This document shows positions 11,612 through 24,220 of a stretch of 64,000 nucleotides of DNA, piece by piece. The translations under genes and the position numbers were made by a program. Under the pieces are notes generated by a model. That model made no database searches. It saw only the letters and a list, made by a program, of their open reading frames with translations, and had not been told where the DNA came from. The stretch spans positions 1,611,718 to 1,675,717 of the forward strand of contig NW_003314286.1 of NCBI RefSeq assembly GCF_000143415.4, read 5' to 3'. Origin of the DNA: Selaginella moellendorffii (lineage: Eukaryota; Plantae; Lycopodiophyta). Each line of letters starts with the position of its first letter. Positions within the stretch are counted from its first letter, which is position 1.

Positions 11612-13297
11612 TCATCGGCAAGTGGGATTGCTCCCAGGACCACCGTAGTAAAAATACTGCCCCCAGTCGCTGCTGCCAGCCTTGACGATCCCATAGCAAT
11701 TGGGATGCTCGGCCAGCGTCTGAAGAACAGGATGGGATTGCAGCTCGTTGTCCGAATCCACCACTCCAATGTTCCTGAAGTAGCTCGCCTCGGCAAATCC
11801 CCGAGAGGGAAATCTCCCGCTTCCCATCTGTGTGGCGGTGTGGGATCCATCCGGCTGGGTGTTCACCACCTCACCTCCAAACTCCACCATGGAGGCGTAG
11901 TCCGTGAGGTGTGAGAAGATCTCCGCCGGCCAGTAGCCGACGAGCGTTCGATCGCCCAGCCTCATCCACCAATTGCCAGTTCTTGGATCCTAGAGGAAGA
12001 ACACACAAAGATCCAAGGAACGTATATGATCCAAGTTACCTTCCAGACAAGGATTCTTATATCGTATTGTGGCCCGTCGTAGGAGGAAACCGGGGAGATC
12101 GATGCGCCGATGGCAATGTCGCTGCCGGTTTGGATGAATCCCGAGCACAAAAGATTGTAGCAGCCGGTGGCTTGGTAGGAATCGCTCTGGATAAAAGAAA
12201 ATCGTCACGCGATGCTTTCTTGCTCGAGATTTCGCGAATTACCGTCCAGTACGTGAACAACCTGGGATTGCTGTCGCCGTAGAGCTCCGGGCTCACCTGT
12301 CAAACAGATCATCCGCGATCACAAGGAAATTCGACCTAGCCAGATTACCTGCCATCCAGCTTCGATGCTGTTGAGATCGTCCGCGAAGGAGCCTCCCAGC
12401 AGCCAGATCTGCGAGAGGCTAAACTCGTTGGGCACATCGATGTCCGGGCGCCACACATTGAGCGATGCCTGGGCGCCATAGAACTGCCCAGTCGTGTAGG
12501 CGATTGCATGCTACACACACACACAAGGAGATTTAGGGTTCTTGGCGAAATTGGGGATATTTCTCTACCTCGTGGCCGTTTGAATCCATTGCCTCGGGCA
12601 TCGCCATCAGGGAGCTGGCCTGGAAGCTCGCAGCTGCGCCGGACGAGTTGGATCGGCTCGGATTGGGAGGCTTGTGGAATTTCCTGCCGTATCTCCTCAC
12701 CGATCCCGCGCGAAGGATGTCGTCGATCGTTGTTCTTCGAATCGGCACTGTTCCTCGAGGGCATTGCTTGCCGGATTGATGCCACATTTGTGTCACTCGG
12801 ATGCTGACGTCGTCTTGCTCGGTGCTGGTTTCCTTGGCCAGATTGTTTGGCCATATCATCGGTTCTTCCTGGAAAAATTATTGATGAAAAGGGGGAGAGA
12901 AAATCTCGGGTTACCTGGAGCTGGTGATGCTTGAGCTTAGGATGATCAAATGCAGGCTGATTTCGCAGCAGCACGCAGTCGATTAAATCTCCATCCGGGC
13001 TCTACACGCACAGATTTCACAAAAATTTCGATCTCCGCGAATGAGCACTATTTTCTCACTCACCCGAATCGTTTTCACCGGCTGCTTGTTCATCGCGTTG
13101 ATTTGCTTCTGGATCTTGAGAAGCCGCGAGCTTCCCCTTCCTCTCCCCCGGAAAGATCTGGCATTGCCGCCGAGCTTGACGAGATTGCCCCGAATCGCGG
13201 TGCCATTGGGATTGCTCGCCTCCAGCCCCAGAGAAAGAACCAACAGCACCACCGCTAGCAAGAGCCCCGGCCATGGCGATCTTCTTCTTCTCGCCAT
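11612..13297 (-). CDS. Neprosin-family (DUF239) secreted peptidase with activation peptide, multi-exon
   Basis: Hydrophobic signal ([12 protein letters not shown]); [10 protein letters not shown]; [10 protein letters not shown]; EFSLSQIW; NSIEAGWQV; CYNLLCSGF; GYWPAEIF; EFGGEVVN; TQMGSG; YYGGPG. Confidence 0.93.
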
Positions 13298-15069
13298 CAA
13301 GATCGTCACCTCAGCTCTCGCTCTTCTGGATCAATCCCTCGCCGCGCGCATTGATTGATCGCGAGAGATCATAGAATTGGAGATGGATAGGGCCATAGAA
13401 CGATCTCCTCCAGCTAACATTCTCTCTGTGGAGCAGTTGCTAGCGGTGGTGGAAAGATTGATGACCAAAAACTAATCCCCCATCACCGATTGTAAGCTCC
13501 TCCTCTCTCTTAGCTCTCCCAATCCAACTTAACAGGATGATCAAACGAGAGAGACTGAGAATACAAGCAAAGCTCGCCCTTGGAAGCTTTTATTGCACTG
13601 GGTCCCCATCTCTCGCTAAGAAAGCCATGAAAATTTCTCTCCAATCAATCCAACTCTTTCCTCTTCTTCTCTCCCTGATCCCTGATACAAATGCACGAGA
13701 CGGACAGACAAAGAAAGGCCCCCCTCTGCTACCGTCTCGTGCCCGCCCTCTTTCTGCCAATCCAGCTGCGAACCGCTGGAGCTCTCTCACATAATTCCTG
13801 CGCGCTATGATCCAGAAGTTCGATGGATGGATCGAATTGCAAGCGCGACAGCATCACTCCATCTACCACTCGTTCTTCGTCCTCGCCGACAGTCCCCCTG
13901 TTCTATTTCGTCCTCTAGTCGCTCGCTGCGTCCTCATTCTCCCCTACTGCCCATTCTACTGCTCGATTTTACGCAGCGCTAGCGCAATCGTGGTCGGCAG
14001 CCACATTTTCCCGGCGCGAATCGCCCACAACATCGCTGTCAACGGGCAAAACGATCCGTGAGCCCTAGAACAGAGCCGCTGCTTGTCCGTCTACCCCCAC
14101 CACCTTAAAGGCGGAGGGTAGGGTCAGTCCGTACACCGCGCTTTTCTCCTCGATTGAAACCGTACCTTGGTGGCCCAAAGGTGGAACGCTGCAGTGCGCA
14201 GAAGAGATTCCAGGGAATTTGATGGAGATGTTCGCGTCCTTATAGTTGCATCATCCATTTTGTCTCTTCTGTGGAATGCCCTCCAGCCCTAGAGCCATGA
14301 GAATATGCTTCAGTTTCGAATTTTTGAAAAGCATTGCGGCATTTTTGCGGCATTGGCCTGCTGCGAAAACTGCAACAATGAAGGCGCAACGCAGGATCGT
14401 TTTTGGGCACCTTTAACTGCTGGCATTGAATGGGACATGGACACAAAGTTGACATTAACTCACTGCATTGACTTCCATGATCCTCGCTCGACCTTTATTT
14501 TAGCAAAGCAAATGTGTAGCTTAATGTCAAGGTGTAACTCCCTTTCCTGGGGATTAGTTTATACAAGGCAAAGAATGCAGGCCTAAAACCACAAGCATCA
14601 CTTGTCGAACCTTCTGGTACGCAAGGAATACGTATTTTATTCCTCTTTTGGGTACAGATTTCTTCGTGCCTTAACTCGGAGCCCAGCCCACATGATCGCC
14701 GCTTTGAACTTCGCAAAAACGGTGGCGCGACTACGAAGTTAGGTAGCCCCAAAAAACGCTTCTTTTATGTTGGGAACAACGATCGAATTAGGTCGGGAGC
14801 GACTTACACTCCGAGACTTCTTTGCTAGTCGAACAAATGTTGATACTCTTTGAGCGAATTGGCCACCCAACTCGAGACCTCACCTAAAGCGAGATTCGAC
14901 ATTGTTTCTAACCCCTGAACAAAACTTCTCGGACATAATAAAGATTTTTCCGTATGGCTTTTTGGAGAGGTTCCCGTCCGGTTCGTGTTTCTATGAGTTG
15001 ACTTACTCATCGTCATTAAACACCTGGTAAAGACAGAGGACAGCAGCAGCAGCAGCATTCTAGTAGGTC

Positions 15070-15134
15070 AAGGCAGTCAACCCAAAACCCTGGAATTTCT
15101 TCTCGAAGGCAGTCAACCCAAAACCCTGGAATTC
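15070..15134. repeat. Tandem duplication, ~36-bp period (AAGGCAGTCAACCCAAAACCCTGGAATT x2)
   Basis: Read directly from the sequence. Confidence 0.85.
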
Positions 15135-15173
15135 TTTGCCAATACCAAAGCATCTTTTCTCTACATGGGTACA

Positions 15174-15712
15174 TCAACTCGCCACGGCCGCTTGCAGTGG
15201 TTCTCCCTGCAAATGCGAGCTCGCATTAGTTGACGAAGCTTCCCGAAAAAAAATTAATGGACGAAGAAGAGTACCTCGCCTTCCACTAGCGATTGCATTG
15301 GCGGCAGTTCCACCGCTGTAGCCGCTGTGGTGGCGGCGCCGCCCATGGTCTTGCCCTTGATGTCCGTCACGATAAACCTCTTGGTCTTGCTGTAGGGGCG
15401 AGACATGGCGAGGGTCACGAAATCCCCGAGCTTGCACGAGTTGTCCTCGTCGTGCGCGTGATACTTCTTGGACCGCCGCACCCGCTTCTTGCTCTTGGGA
15501 TCCACCACCAGCCGGGTCACCTCCACCGACACCGTCTTATTGTCGCTGGCGCACACCACTCGCCCCTCGATTCTCTTCCGGGCCTCCACTACCAATCCCG
15601 GGCGCGAAGAAATACCTGCATTCCTCGGCGGCGCAGCGTCGATCGAAACCCTAGATCCCCACAGCCCCGATTTCGGGAGGGCCGTCGCTGCCCAACAAGG
15701 CGTTGTCGCCAT
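15174..15712 (-). CDS. RPS17: Plastid 30S ribosomal protein S17 (uS17c)
   Basis: Transit peptide, then GRVVCASDNKTVSVEV...KKRVRRSKKYHAHDEDNSCKLGDFV...RPYSKTKRF. A probable intron 15208-15274 gives the end ...GEPLQAAVAS*; unspliced, the stop is at 15254. Confidence 0.93.
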
Positions 15713-15836
15713 GGCCGGAGGCTTATCTTCTTCTCTTTCTTGGGAAAGCAAAAGGAAATATTAGGGCAAATGAACGCCCAGATCTGGAATATCCTTTAGG
15801 GTTCTATAGCTAGGGCAAGGGTTTCGGGAGCGGAGA

Positions 15837-17120
15837 ATGGAGGCGCCCGAGCGCGGCTACAGCGATGGTGGCTACGATCGCCGGGGCAGCGGCGCCCGCC
15901 CGGAGAGGTACGATAACAGTTCGTTCTCTTCTCAGGGAGGAGGAGGAGGTGGAGGAGGAGGAGGAGGGGCGCCGGGCTATGGTGGGAGCTTCCAAAGCAG
16001 TGGCTATGGCGGGGGATTTAGCAATCGAAACGAAGGAAGAGGTGGATTTGATCAAAAGGGGGGATTTGAGCAGGGAAGGCAGTACGAGCAGCAGGGAAGG
16101 GGTGGAGGATTTGATCAGGGGAGACAGGGGGGATTCGATCAAGGAAGAGGAGGAGGATTTGATCAGGGCAGGCACGGAGGAGGAGGAGGCGCAGGAGCAT
16201 ACGACCAGGGAAGACAGGGTGGAGGAGGAGGAGGGGGATTTTCTCGACAAGAAGTCTACGATCAACGAGGTCCGGGAGGAGGAGGAGGAGGATTTGGGAG
16301 GCAAGAAGGCGGGTATGAGCAAGGACGGGGAAGAGGAGGAGGAGGCGGATATGGTGGCCGTGGCGGAGATGGGGGCCGAGGCCGAGGCGCACGAGGTCCT
16401 CCCATGGGAGGCCGAGATGGAGACTGGCTGTGTCCCAACCCGAGCTGTGGCAATGTCAACTTTGCGAAGAGGACCGAGTGTAACAAATGCAAAGGTCCAA
16501 AGCCAGCAAATGCTGGGAGCGACTTTGGTGGTGGTGGCGGTGGTGGTGGAAGAGGCCGTGGCTATGGCGGCGATAACAACTATAGAGGCGGTGGTGGTGG
16601 AAGAGGTGGTGGCGGCGGCGGTGGCGGGCAGCACCACCATCCGGAAGAGCAGGGAAACGACGAAGTGAAAGTAAAGCAGTGCGATGAGAACTGCGGGGAT
16701 AAGTGCGAGAACACTCGGATTTACATCTCGAACCTCCCGCTGGACGTCCAGATCGAGGAGCTAAGAACGCTGTTTGGAGGCATCGGCCAGGTCGCGAGGA
16801 TAAAGCAAAGGCGCGGCTACAAGGATCAGTGGCCCTGGAACATCAAGCTCTACACTGACGACGGTGGAAACAACAAGGGCGATGGCGTTCTTTGCTACGA
16901 GGATCCATCCGCGGCCCATGCCGCCGGTGGCTTCTTCAATGGCTACAACCTCAGAGGGAACGAGATCAAAGTCTCCATGGCGGAAAAATCCGCTCCGCGA
17001 CCCGAGAGAAGCAGCGGTCGTGGTGGCGGCGGAGGATATAGAGGTGGCGGCGGCGGTGGCGGTGGCGGTGGCCCGGATAGACGAGACGGTGGAGGAGGGC
17101 ACAGAAGTCGACCGTATTGA
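15837..17120 (+). CDS. TAF15b: FET-family RNA-binding protein TAF15b-like (Gly-rich low-complexity region, RanBP2 zinc finger, RRM, PY-NLS), intronless
   Basis: [24 protein letters not shown]; RIYISNLP...[11 protein letters not shown]...[14 protein letters not shown]; C-terminal RSRPY; GGFDQG repeats. Confidence 0.93.
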   Translation: MEAPERGYSDGGYDRRGSGARPERYDNSSFSSQGGGGGGGGGGGAPGYGGSFQSSGYGGGFSNRNEGRGGFDQKGGFEQGRQYEQQGRGGGFDQGRQGGFDQGRGGGFDQGRHGGGGGAGAYDQGRQGGGGGGGFSRQEVYDQRGPGGGGGGFGRQEGGYEQGRGRGGGGGYGGRGGDGGRGRGARGPPMGGRDGDWLCPNPSCGNVNFAKRTECNKCKGPKPANAGSDFGGGGGGGGRGRGYGGDNNYRGGGGGRGGGGGGGGQHHHPEEQGNDEVKVKQCDENCGDKCENTRIYISNLPLDVQIEELRTLFGGIGQVARIKQRRGYKDQWPWNIKLYTDDGGNNKGDGVLCYEDPSAAHAAGGFFNGYNLRGNEIKVSMAEKSAPRPERSSGRGGGGGYRGGGGGGGGGGPDRRDGGGGHRSRPY

Positions 17121-17388
17121 GAGAACACACAGGAGGAAGTTTTTCTCTTCTTTTTTCATAGTTCTTTGGTTTGGATGGATTTGCATTCTACTTGTTTTTG
17201 TACGATGCTCTCGGATATTCCCGGGGATGGCATATGCTGGGCATAACGGAATCCGAGCAAAAAAACCGTCTGATTCATCTGACAGCGACGCGGCGACAAC
17301 CGTCCGATTCGGGGATCCGACGGCGGAGGTTAAAGAGGCTTTTCCGGGATCTAGTTGCCGCCCAAGGCGTGGACGAAAGGATGAATGT

Positions 17389-20062
17389 ATGATCTCTTCG
17401 CGGGCACCAACGATGCCCGGCGCCAGCGTGGGGCTCAAGCTGGGCGCCGCGATCAGGAGCCCCAACCCTAATGATGCGCCCGGGAATGCGGCTGCTCCCA
17501 GTCCCAGGATTCACAGCGGCGGCGGCAGGAGGAGTGGCGGCGGCTTTAGCAGCGATGCTCGACCTAGTGGCGCTGCCCATGGCGGGAGTGTGAGCAGGGG
17601 GTTGCGAAATATCGGTCCAGTGAATTCTTCTTCGCCGCCGAGAGCCAAGACAGGCAAGGCAACGACGACACAGGACTTGAGGAAAAAGCAGGTTTTAGGG
17701 TATGCGGCAGTAGCGGCTGTGAGGCGGAGCTTGGAGCAGCAATCCCCCTCCGGTAAGCAGCCGCCGGGGAGGAGCGCGCCTAACAAGATCCGGCCTCGCA
17801 GCGAGCCCGGCCCGCGTAGCAATGCCAATCCAGAGGGCAGGCTCTTGTATTCGGCGAGGGGCTATCCTCCGGCTCCTTCAGTGATTGCTTGCAGCTTGGA
17901 GCCTGCTACTTCCAATTCCATGGAGGATGGGAACTTGGATAGCAAGGAGAGCAAAAAGAATCCTTCACTGCTTGTCTTCTCAGGTATGATCCGCTCTTTT
18001 CTCTTTCGATCTTTTGCTCTGTTGATGCCAAGTAGCAAACTTTTAGCTTGTGGCTGTGCTTGGTTTGTTTTCTTGTGCCGTGCTTTGATCTTAAGTCACT
18101 TAGTTGATTAGCTGCAGTTTAGGAGTTCTTCCTATTTTCTCTTCTTTGTGAATACCAGGGGGCACTGCGTTCAATGGTGTTGTAGAAGAGCTCAAGAGGC
18201 TGACCACCAATGTCACACACGTACTTCCAGTCTCCGACGATGGAGGGAGCACGTCCGAAATACTTCGTGTACTCGGTTAGCTCTTGCATGTGAGTTTTGG
18301 GCAATCTGTTTGTGCTAAGTGAATGATTCAATTGCGTTTCAGGCGGTCCGGCGCTTGGTGATATCCGATCGAGGTGCTTGAGGCTTTCCGATGAGAGTTG
18401 TTCTGAGGCATTGGCTGTAAAGCGTTTGCTTGGCTACCGCTTGCCAGTGAATAGCTCGGACGCAAAAGCGGAGTGGTATGGCCATTTTCTTACCGTCTGT
18501 GACGAAAAAAATTTGATCTTTTCAGGTACAAAATAGTTGAAGGTGAGCATGAGCTGTGGAACGAAGTGTCGGAGCCGTACAGAGAAACTATCCGTGCTTT
18601 TCTTGTGTATTTTCAAAGTCAGGTAGCTCTTATGAGTGAAATTGGTTTATTTCCTTCTGTACGACTGACTCATTTCTACCTTGTAGTTGCTCATGCATTC
18701 CACAAAAAAGTTCTCTTTTGGAAATGGAAGGTATGTTTAAGATTTTTAGACAGCTTGTCGTAATTGTTTGCTGTTTGCAGCATAGGAAATTTTTTCTTTG
18801 CAGGGGCTAGAATTTTTATCCAGTCCCTAGACGCGGCTATTTTTCTTTATTCCCGTGTCTCGAAGATTCCCGTGGATAGCATTGTTCTGCCTGCGATTTC
18901 TACCAACGACAGGGTTACTCTTGGATGTGAGCTATACGTGAGTTTTGCTTTTAAGTACGTTCTTCCCGCTGGATTCTTTGAATTTACTCTTGTTGCAGGA
19001 TGGTACGTTTGTGAGGGGACAGAATGAAATTTCGCATCCAATCAAGAGAAATTGCGTCGGTGAAGGTGGAGGGGACGACTGTCATGTTGTTGACAAGGTG
19101 AGGCTCTCACTTCTTTCACTTGATCATCAATTTTGTGAATTCATGACGCTTGCAGGGCAGGGATTCCACACCTCCGCTTCCTTCCCCGATCAAACGTATT
19201 TTTTACATGTCTTCTGATGGCGCAAACGCTTCACACGAGGTAAATAGCCTCTGGTGACACTGATTGGGACCGCAAGTATATCTTTCAGGTATTTCCCTGC
19301 GTAAATCCTGAAGTTTTGAAGCGCATAAGCGATGTAGAAGCAGTTGTGTATGGCATGGGTTCCCTCTACACGTCAATATGTCCCTTACTGGTAACTCGCA
19401 TTTCCTCAAACTGTTAATGGTCTGGACTAACCCAGCGTTCTCTGCCTGGAATGCTAATCTAGTAACCTTTGAACTAGGTTCTTCGTAACGTAGGAGAAAG
19501 CATTGCGAAACAGACATGTCCCAAGGTCCGTTTGTAAACACACAGTTTTTGTTTCTCTGATTCGTGATGAACAGCTTCTCTTGCTGAATGGTTCTCACGA
19601 TCGAGAAACCGCTGGCATGTCCGCCTCGGACTTCATCGTCTCAATATGCGACACATTGAATCGTAAATACGGTGATCCACAGTTCACGCTCGACAATCCA
19701 GTAAGTCTCCAAGTTTCTTCCTGTTTTTTCGATGCTAGCCTGGTATTTGTTTCGCAGCCGACGGCTTATATCAACACTCTGCTGGTGCCAGAGAATGGAA
19801 GCATTTCCGTGGATAGAGAGCAACTAGCGGCCTTGGGAATCAACCAAGTGGTAAGAAGGAAATTTTATGTTGCTTAGAACTCGAGCTCACTTTCTCTCTT
19901 TTTTTCTCGCAGGTGGTAGTAGATTCGATTCAAGACGAGAAATCAGGTACGATTTTCGACCCAAAGTCACTGATTTCATGCCTCGAGACCGCGATGTTGA
20001 AGAAAAACAATAGTGATGGCTTGGATAGACGGAGGCTGTCGCCAACGCGCAAGCCAGCCTAG
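17389..20062 (+). CDS. MEE18: UPF0052/CofD-YvcK-like protein (MEE18-like), multi-exon
   Basis: PSLLVFSGGTAFNGVVEELK...HVLPVSDDGGSTSEILRVLGGPALGDIRSRCLRL; SIGNFFFAGARIF; GQNEISHP; LLNGSHDRET; FDPKSLI. The start codon is uncertain (17227, 17389, 17413 or 17920). Confidence 0.87.
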
Positions 20063-20301
20063 TTTTAACGAATAAAATGAAACGATCCCCCCGCATTGGA
20101 GGATATGCTTACACCTCAGCAAAAGAGAAACCCTTGATGCCTCTCTTTTCTGTGAGCGCGGCAATATTTCTTGATCCGTGGCGACTGATCGCTGTAGCGC
20201 GGCGCTGCGATCCTACATGCGCGCCGAGCGATCGCCAAGGTGAGGGCAATGCTAGCAAGAAGGTAGAGCAAGGAGAGAGGAGGATCGAGGCCTGACAGGG
20301 T

Positions 20302-23116
20302 ATGGCTCTCTGGAACTGGTCGACGCTCGAGTCATTGCTAGCGTCTAGTAGCGGATTTGCATCGTCTTGCTCGACCGTGACGAATGGGAAGGTCGCCGAT
20401 TCTTCCGTGTCGTTTGTCACGCACCAGCCGGCGTTTGGGAGCATCAGGTCGAGGAAGGAGAGAAAGAAATCCCAGCGCGCTCATTCTTCGCCAAACTGGA
20501 GGTCCAAGCGGATTTTTTCCTTTGGAACCAATGACACCATCCTCCAAAACGATCTCCTTTCTGGAGATATACCGGACTTGAAGATGCTACTGCAGAGCAA
20601 GCAGGTTCTTCAGAAGGAAGATCTGCCCCCTATCACGATCATCGATCCGTCCACGACTGCCACAGGTAAAGGTAGAACTTACGACTTTTTCTGGTTTCTA
20701 TACTGACTCAATGGATCAAACAGTGAGCGATCTAGTTCCACCATCTTCCGAGGGAACAAAGGATGACAAAGGCCATCAAATTCAAGCCGGCACCAGGAAA
20801 TCCAAGCAACAGGCTCGAAAGACATATAACATTGTCTTTGTTGCTGCCGAAGTCGCTCCTTACTCGAAGGTTGGCGGTTTGAGTGATGTCTGCGGTTCAC
20901 TGCCTGTGGTACTTGCTGCTCGTGGCCATCGGGTTATGGTGGTTTCTCCCCGTTATATGAATGGTGTGACGGATCATAGATACTCTGGGGCTTACGATGC
21001 TCAGTGTCGTATCAGGATTGGCTGCTTCAGCGGACAGCATGAAGTTGCGTTCTTTCACGAGTACAAAGACGGTGTTGACTGGGTAATCGATTCTTTTCTT
21101 TTCTCATATGAACTAACTTCCCTGGCTTGTGCTTCTCCAGGTCTTTGTCGACCATTGTTGCTATCACAGACCAGGGAATCCATACGGCGATGGTCGTGGT
21201 GCTTTCGGAGACAACCAGGTTTCCAGTTCTTTTCGCTGGTTTTTTATGTCACGAAACTAAAGAAGTGAGTATCAGTTGCCTTGATACAGTTTCGGTACAC
21301 GCTACTTTGCTATGCCGCGTGTGAAGCTCCTCTTGTTCTTCCGTTGGGAGGCTACATCTACGGAGACAACTGCATTTTTCTTGCAAACGATTGGCATGCA
21401 AGCCTTGTGCCAGTGTATGTATTTTCTTCACTTCCACATTTTTGGTTAGTTCTCACAGGCATTTATCTTTTCAGTCTGCTAGCTGCTAAATATCGTCGTC
21501 ACGGGGTGTATCTAGGAGCTCGTTCGATAGTGGTTATTCACAACATTACTCATCAGGTGTTGTCTATAAGTCGCATTCTTGTTAAGTCGATCTTTTCTTT
21601 GCTTTTGTCATGATAGGGATGTGAACCAGGGACGACGTACGCTCAACTCGGACTTCCTCCTGAATGGTATGGAGCTCTGGAGTGGGTTTTCCCAACCTGG
21701 GCCAGAAAGCATGCCTTTGACAAGGGGGAAGCTGTAAATCATCTAAAAGGTGGACTTGTGACAGCTGATCGGATTGTCACCGTTAGCGAGGTTGGTTATT
21801 TCCATTGTTTGAGACTAATTTGCCTGGAGCACATGTTGAAGGGTTATGCCTGGGAAATAACCACGTCTGAAGGAGGATATGGTCTTGATGGGCTATTACG
21901 TAGTCGAAAAATTGTCATTAGCGGTACTGTTTGTACGTGATGTTTGTGCATTTTCTTAGACTGTGTTCAATTCAGGTATCACCAACGGCATTAACATGGC
22001 GGAATGGGATCCTATTTGTGACAAACAAATCGCTGCTCACTACTCCTTTCAAAATCTTTCTGGAAAGGTACATTGATTTGTCTGTGGAGTCGTTAATTTC
22101 AGCTATTGTTTGTATAGGCTGCGTGCAAAGCAAGCTTTCAGAAGGAACTGGGCCTGGCCGTTCGTCCCGATGTTCCTCTTGTAAGTATGTGTTACGTTGA
22201 GTGTTTTTGCGGTAGCATCTCTGATAAAAATTTCAAATGCTGCCAGATTGGATTCATTGGCCGGCTTGACTTTCAAAAAGGTCCTGATCTTCTACAAGCA
22301 GCTCTACCAGCATTGATGACAGACGATATACAAATGGTAGCTAGTTTAATTTCTCTTTAAGAATCTACTCATGTTTTTCTATCTAAAATCAGGTAATGCT
22401 TGGTTCTGGCGATGCTGCCATGGAGTCGTGGATGCGATGGGCCGAGTCGCATTACAGGGACAAGTTTCGAGGCTGGGTTGGCTTCAATGTACCTCTTACT
22501 CATCGCCTTATCGCGGGGTACCTGAAAGCATCCCGGTCTCCTTACAGGAGCTAACAGTATTCTTGTGCGTGGCTTTTTGCAGGTGCGACATCCTTGTGAT
22601 GCCTTCAAGATTTGAGCCGTGTGGATTGACTCAACTCTATGCCATGAGATATGGCACGATACCTGTTGTGCATTGTACTGGCGGGCTGCGAGTAAGCTCT
22701 CGTTACAGTTTTTAAGCTCTCTAACTTGTCTTGTCCTTTTTATCAGGATACTGTGGAAGACTTCCATCCGTTTGCAAACAATGGCCAAGGTGCTGGGACG
22801 GGGTAAGCTCTAGTTTATGTCTAAAACTTAGAAGTGCTTATATTCACCGTTGCAGCTGGACGTTCTATCCTTGCACAAAGGACGCAATGCTGGGGGTACG
22901 TAAGCATGCTTCGCTTCCAAAGATAAACAAGCAACTCAACACTTCTCAACTTTACAGGTTTTGTGGACGGCCATTGGTACATACCGGCACCACAAAGATT
23001 CATGGAAGAGCATAATGCGCAGAGCTATGTCTCAAGACTACTCTTGGGATCGAGCAGCGGCGAAGTACGAGCAGCTGTTCGAATGGGCTACGATAGATAG
23101 GCCATACACATCGTAG
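20302..23116 (+). CDS. SS1: Soluble starch synthase I, plastid, multi-exon
   Basis: [19 protein letters not shown]; [10 protein letters not shown]; HNITHQG; [11 protein letters not shown]; [10 protein letters not shown]; HCTGGLRD; YEQLFEWA...PYTS* with TAG at 23114-23116. Confidence 0.93.
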
Positions 23117-23140
23117 AGGCTGTGGCTTAGGGTTCTTCTG

Positions 23141-24220
23141 ATGGCCTCCCTCGAGATCGTCGACTACGTGATGCTGGAAGCTGCGGCAAGTGATGTAGGG
23201 GTCAGGGAGCGTGTCGTTAGAGCATTAGGAGGTGCAGGGATGATTGCGGTACGTAACGTTCCTGGCTTGGAGTACCTCCGCAGCGTACTTCTTCCTCAGG
23301 CTCGAACTTTGGCGCTAATGCCCGACTTAGATCGGAAGTCAGTGCTCAAGGTAATAGCGTTCATTTTCTAACGTTATGATCTTCTGGTTTTCCTTCCTTC
23401 GTAGGAGAATCTCCTGGGATCAGATGTACCACTAAAGCGAAAGGACAGACTTGTATCGTCTTTTGTCGCCCAGCTTCCAGTTTCTCGTAGCGAGATCGAC
23501 CGGACACCCGATCAGCTCGTACTCAAGACGGGTGAGTTGTTCAGGCATCTCGGCTACAGGCTAATAGACGTGGGAGTCAGAGTTGCTCGGGTCTGCGACA
23601 CAGCTCTCCCGGGACTGCAACTTGAGAAAACAATTCTGGGCTCTCAGACAGCTAAAGGCCGGCTCATTCACTACCATTCTGAATGTGAAAGGCTTCCTCG
23701 ACCGGATCCAGCTCAGAGGGAGTTGAGTGGCTCAGAGTTTTGGCAACAGTGGCATTATGACTACGGAGTGTTGACAGTATTGACAGCACCGGTGTATATC
23801 AACGCTTCCGGATCTGTAGGACAGAGTCATTCCTCGTTGGTTGCGATGGATAGTTGGACGGGATCAGTAACTGCAGTGAATATACCGGATGGCAGTGTTT
23901 TGGTCCAGGTGGGAGAAGCTGCGCAGATTTTCTCTGGTGGAAAGCTTCGCGCTACCGCTCATTGTGTCGTGAAGCCTCAGCTCGACCCGGAAGCCAGCAG
24001 AGAGACGTTTGTAGTATTTTTGCAGCCTGCATGGGATAAGGCCCTCTCTTGTCAAGTAGCACTGGAAGACGGTGACGAAACAGGCAGCGGGGATAACAGG
24101 ATCAGTGTGATACCACCTCTGGAGACGAGATGGAAGAAAGGTTGTACGTTTGCTGAGTTCTCAAAGCAGACAACAGGGCAGTACTATGGCTCGAAGGGAA
24201 TCCAATCCAACAAAACGTGA
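23141..24220 (+). CDS. 2-oxoglutarate/Fe(II)-dependent dioxygenase-like protein, 2 exons
   Basis: KGRLIHYHS; QWHYDYG (HxD); VQVGEAAQIFSGGKLRATAHCV (distal His); RETFVVFLQP; FAEFSKQTTGQYY. Confidence 0.88.

Noticed and set aside
14305-14586. 93-aa Cys-containing ORF
   Set aside because: No signal peptide, motif or start-context support.
15070-15134. AACCCAAAACCCT as a telomerase-RNA template or telomeric relic
   Set aside because: It does not match CCCTAAA repeats and I see no upstream USE/TATA Pol III promoter; a simple tandem duplication suffices.
15810-16668. Long antisense Ser-rich and alternate-frame Glu-rich ORFs
   Set aside because: They are shadows of the GGA/GGC repeats in TAF15b.
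16864-18111. Single 415-aa ORF bridging TAF15b and MEE18
   Set aside because: It joins an alternate frame of TAF15b, UTR-like sequence, MEE18 exon 1 and its intron; no evidence of one product.
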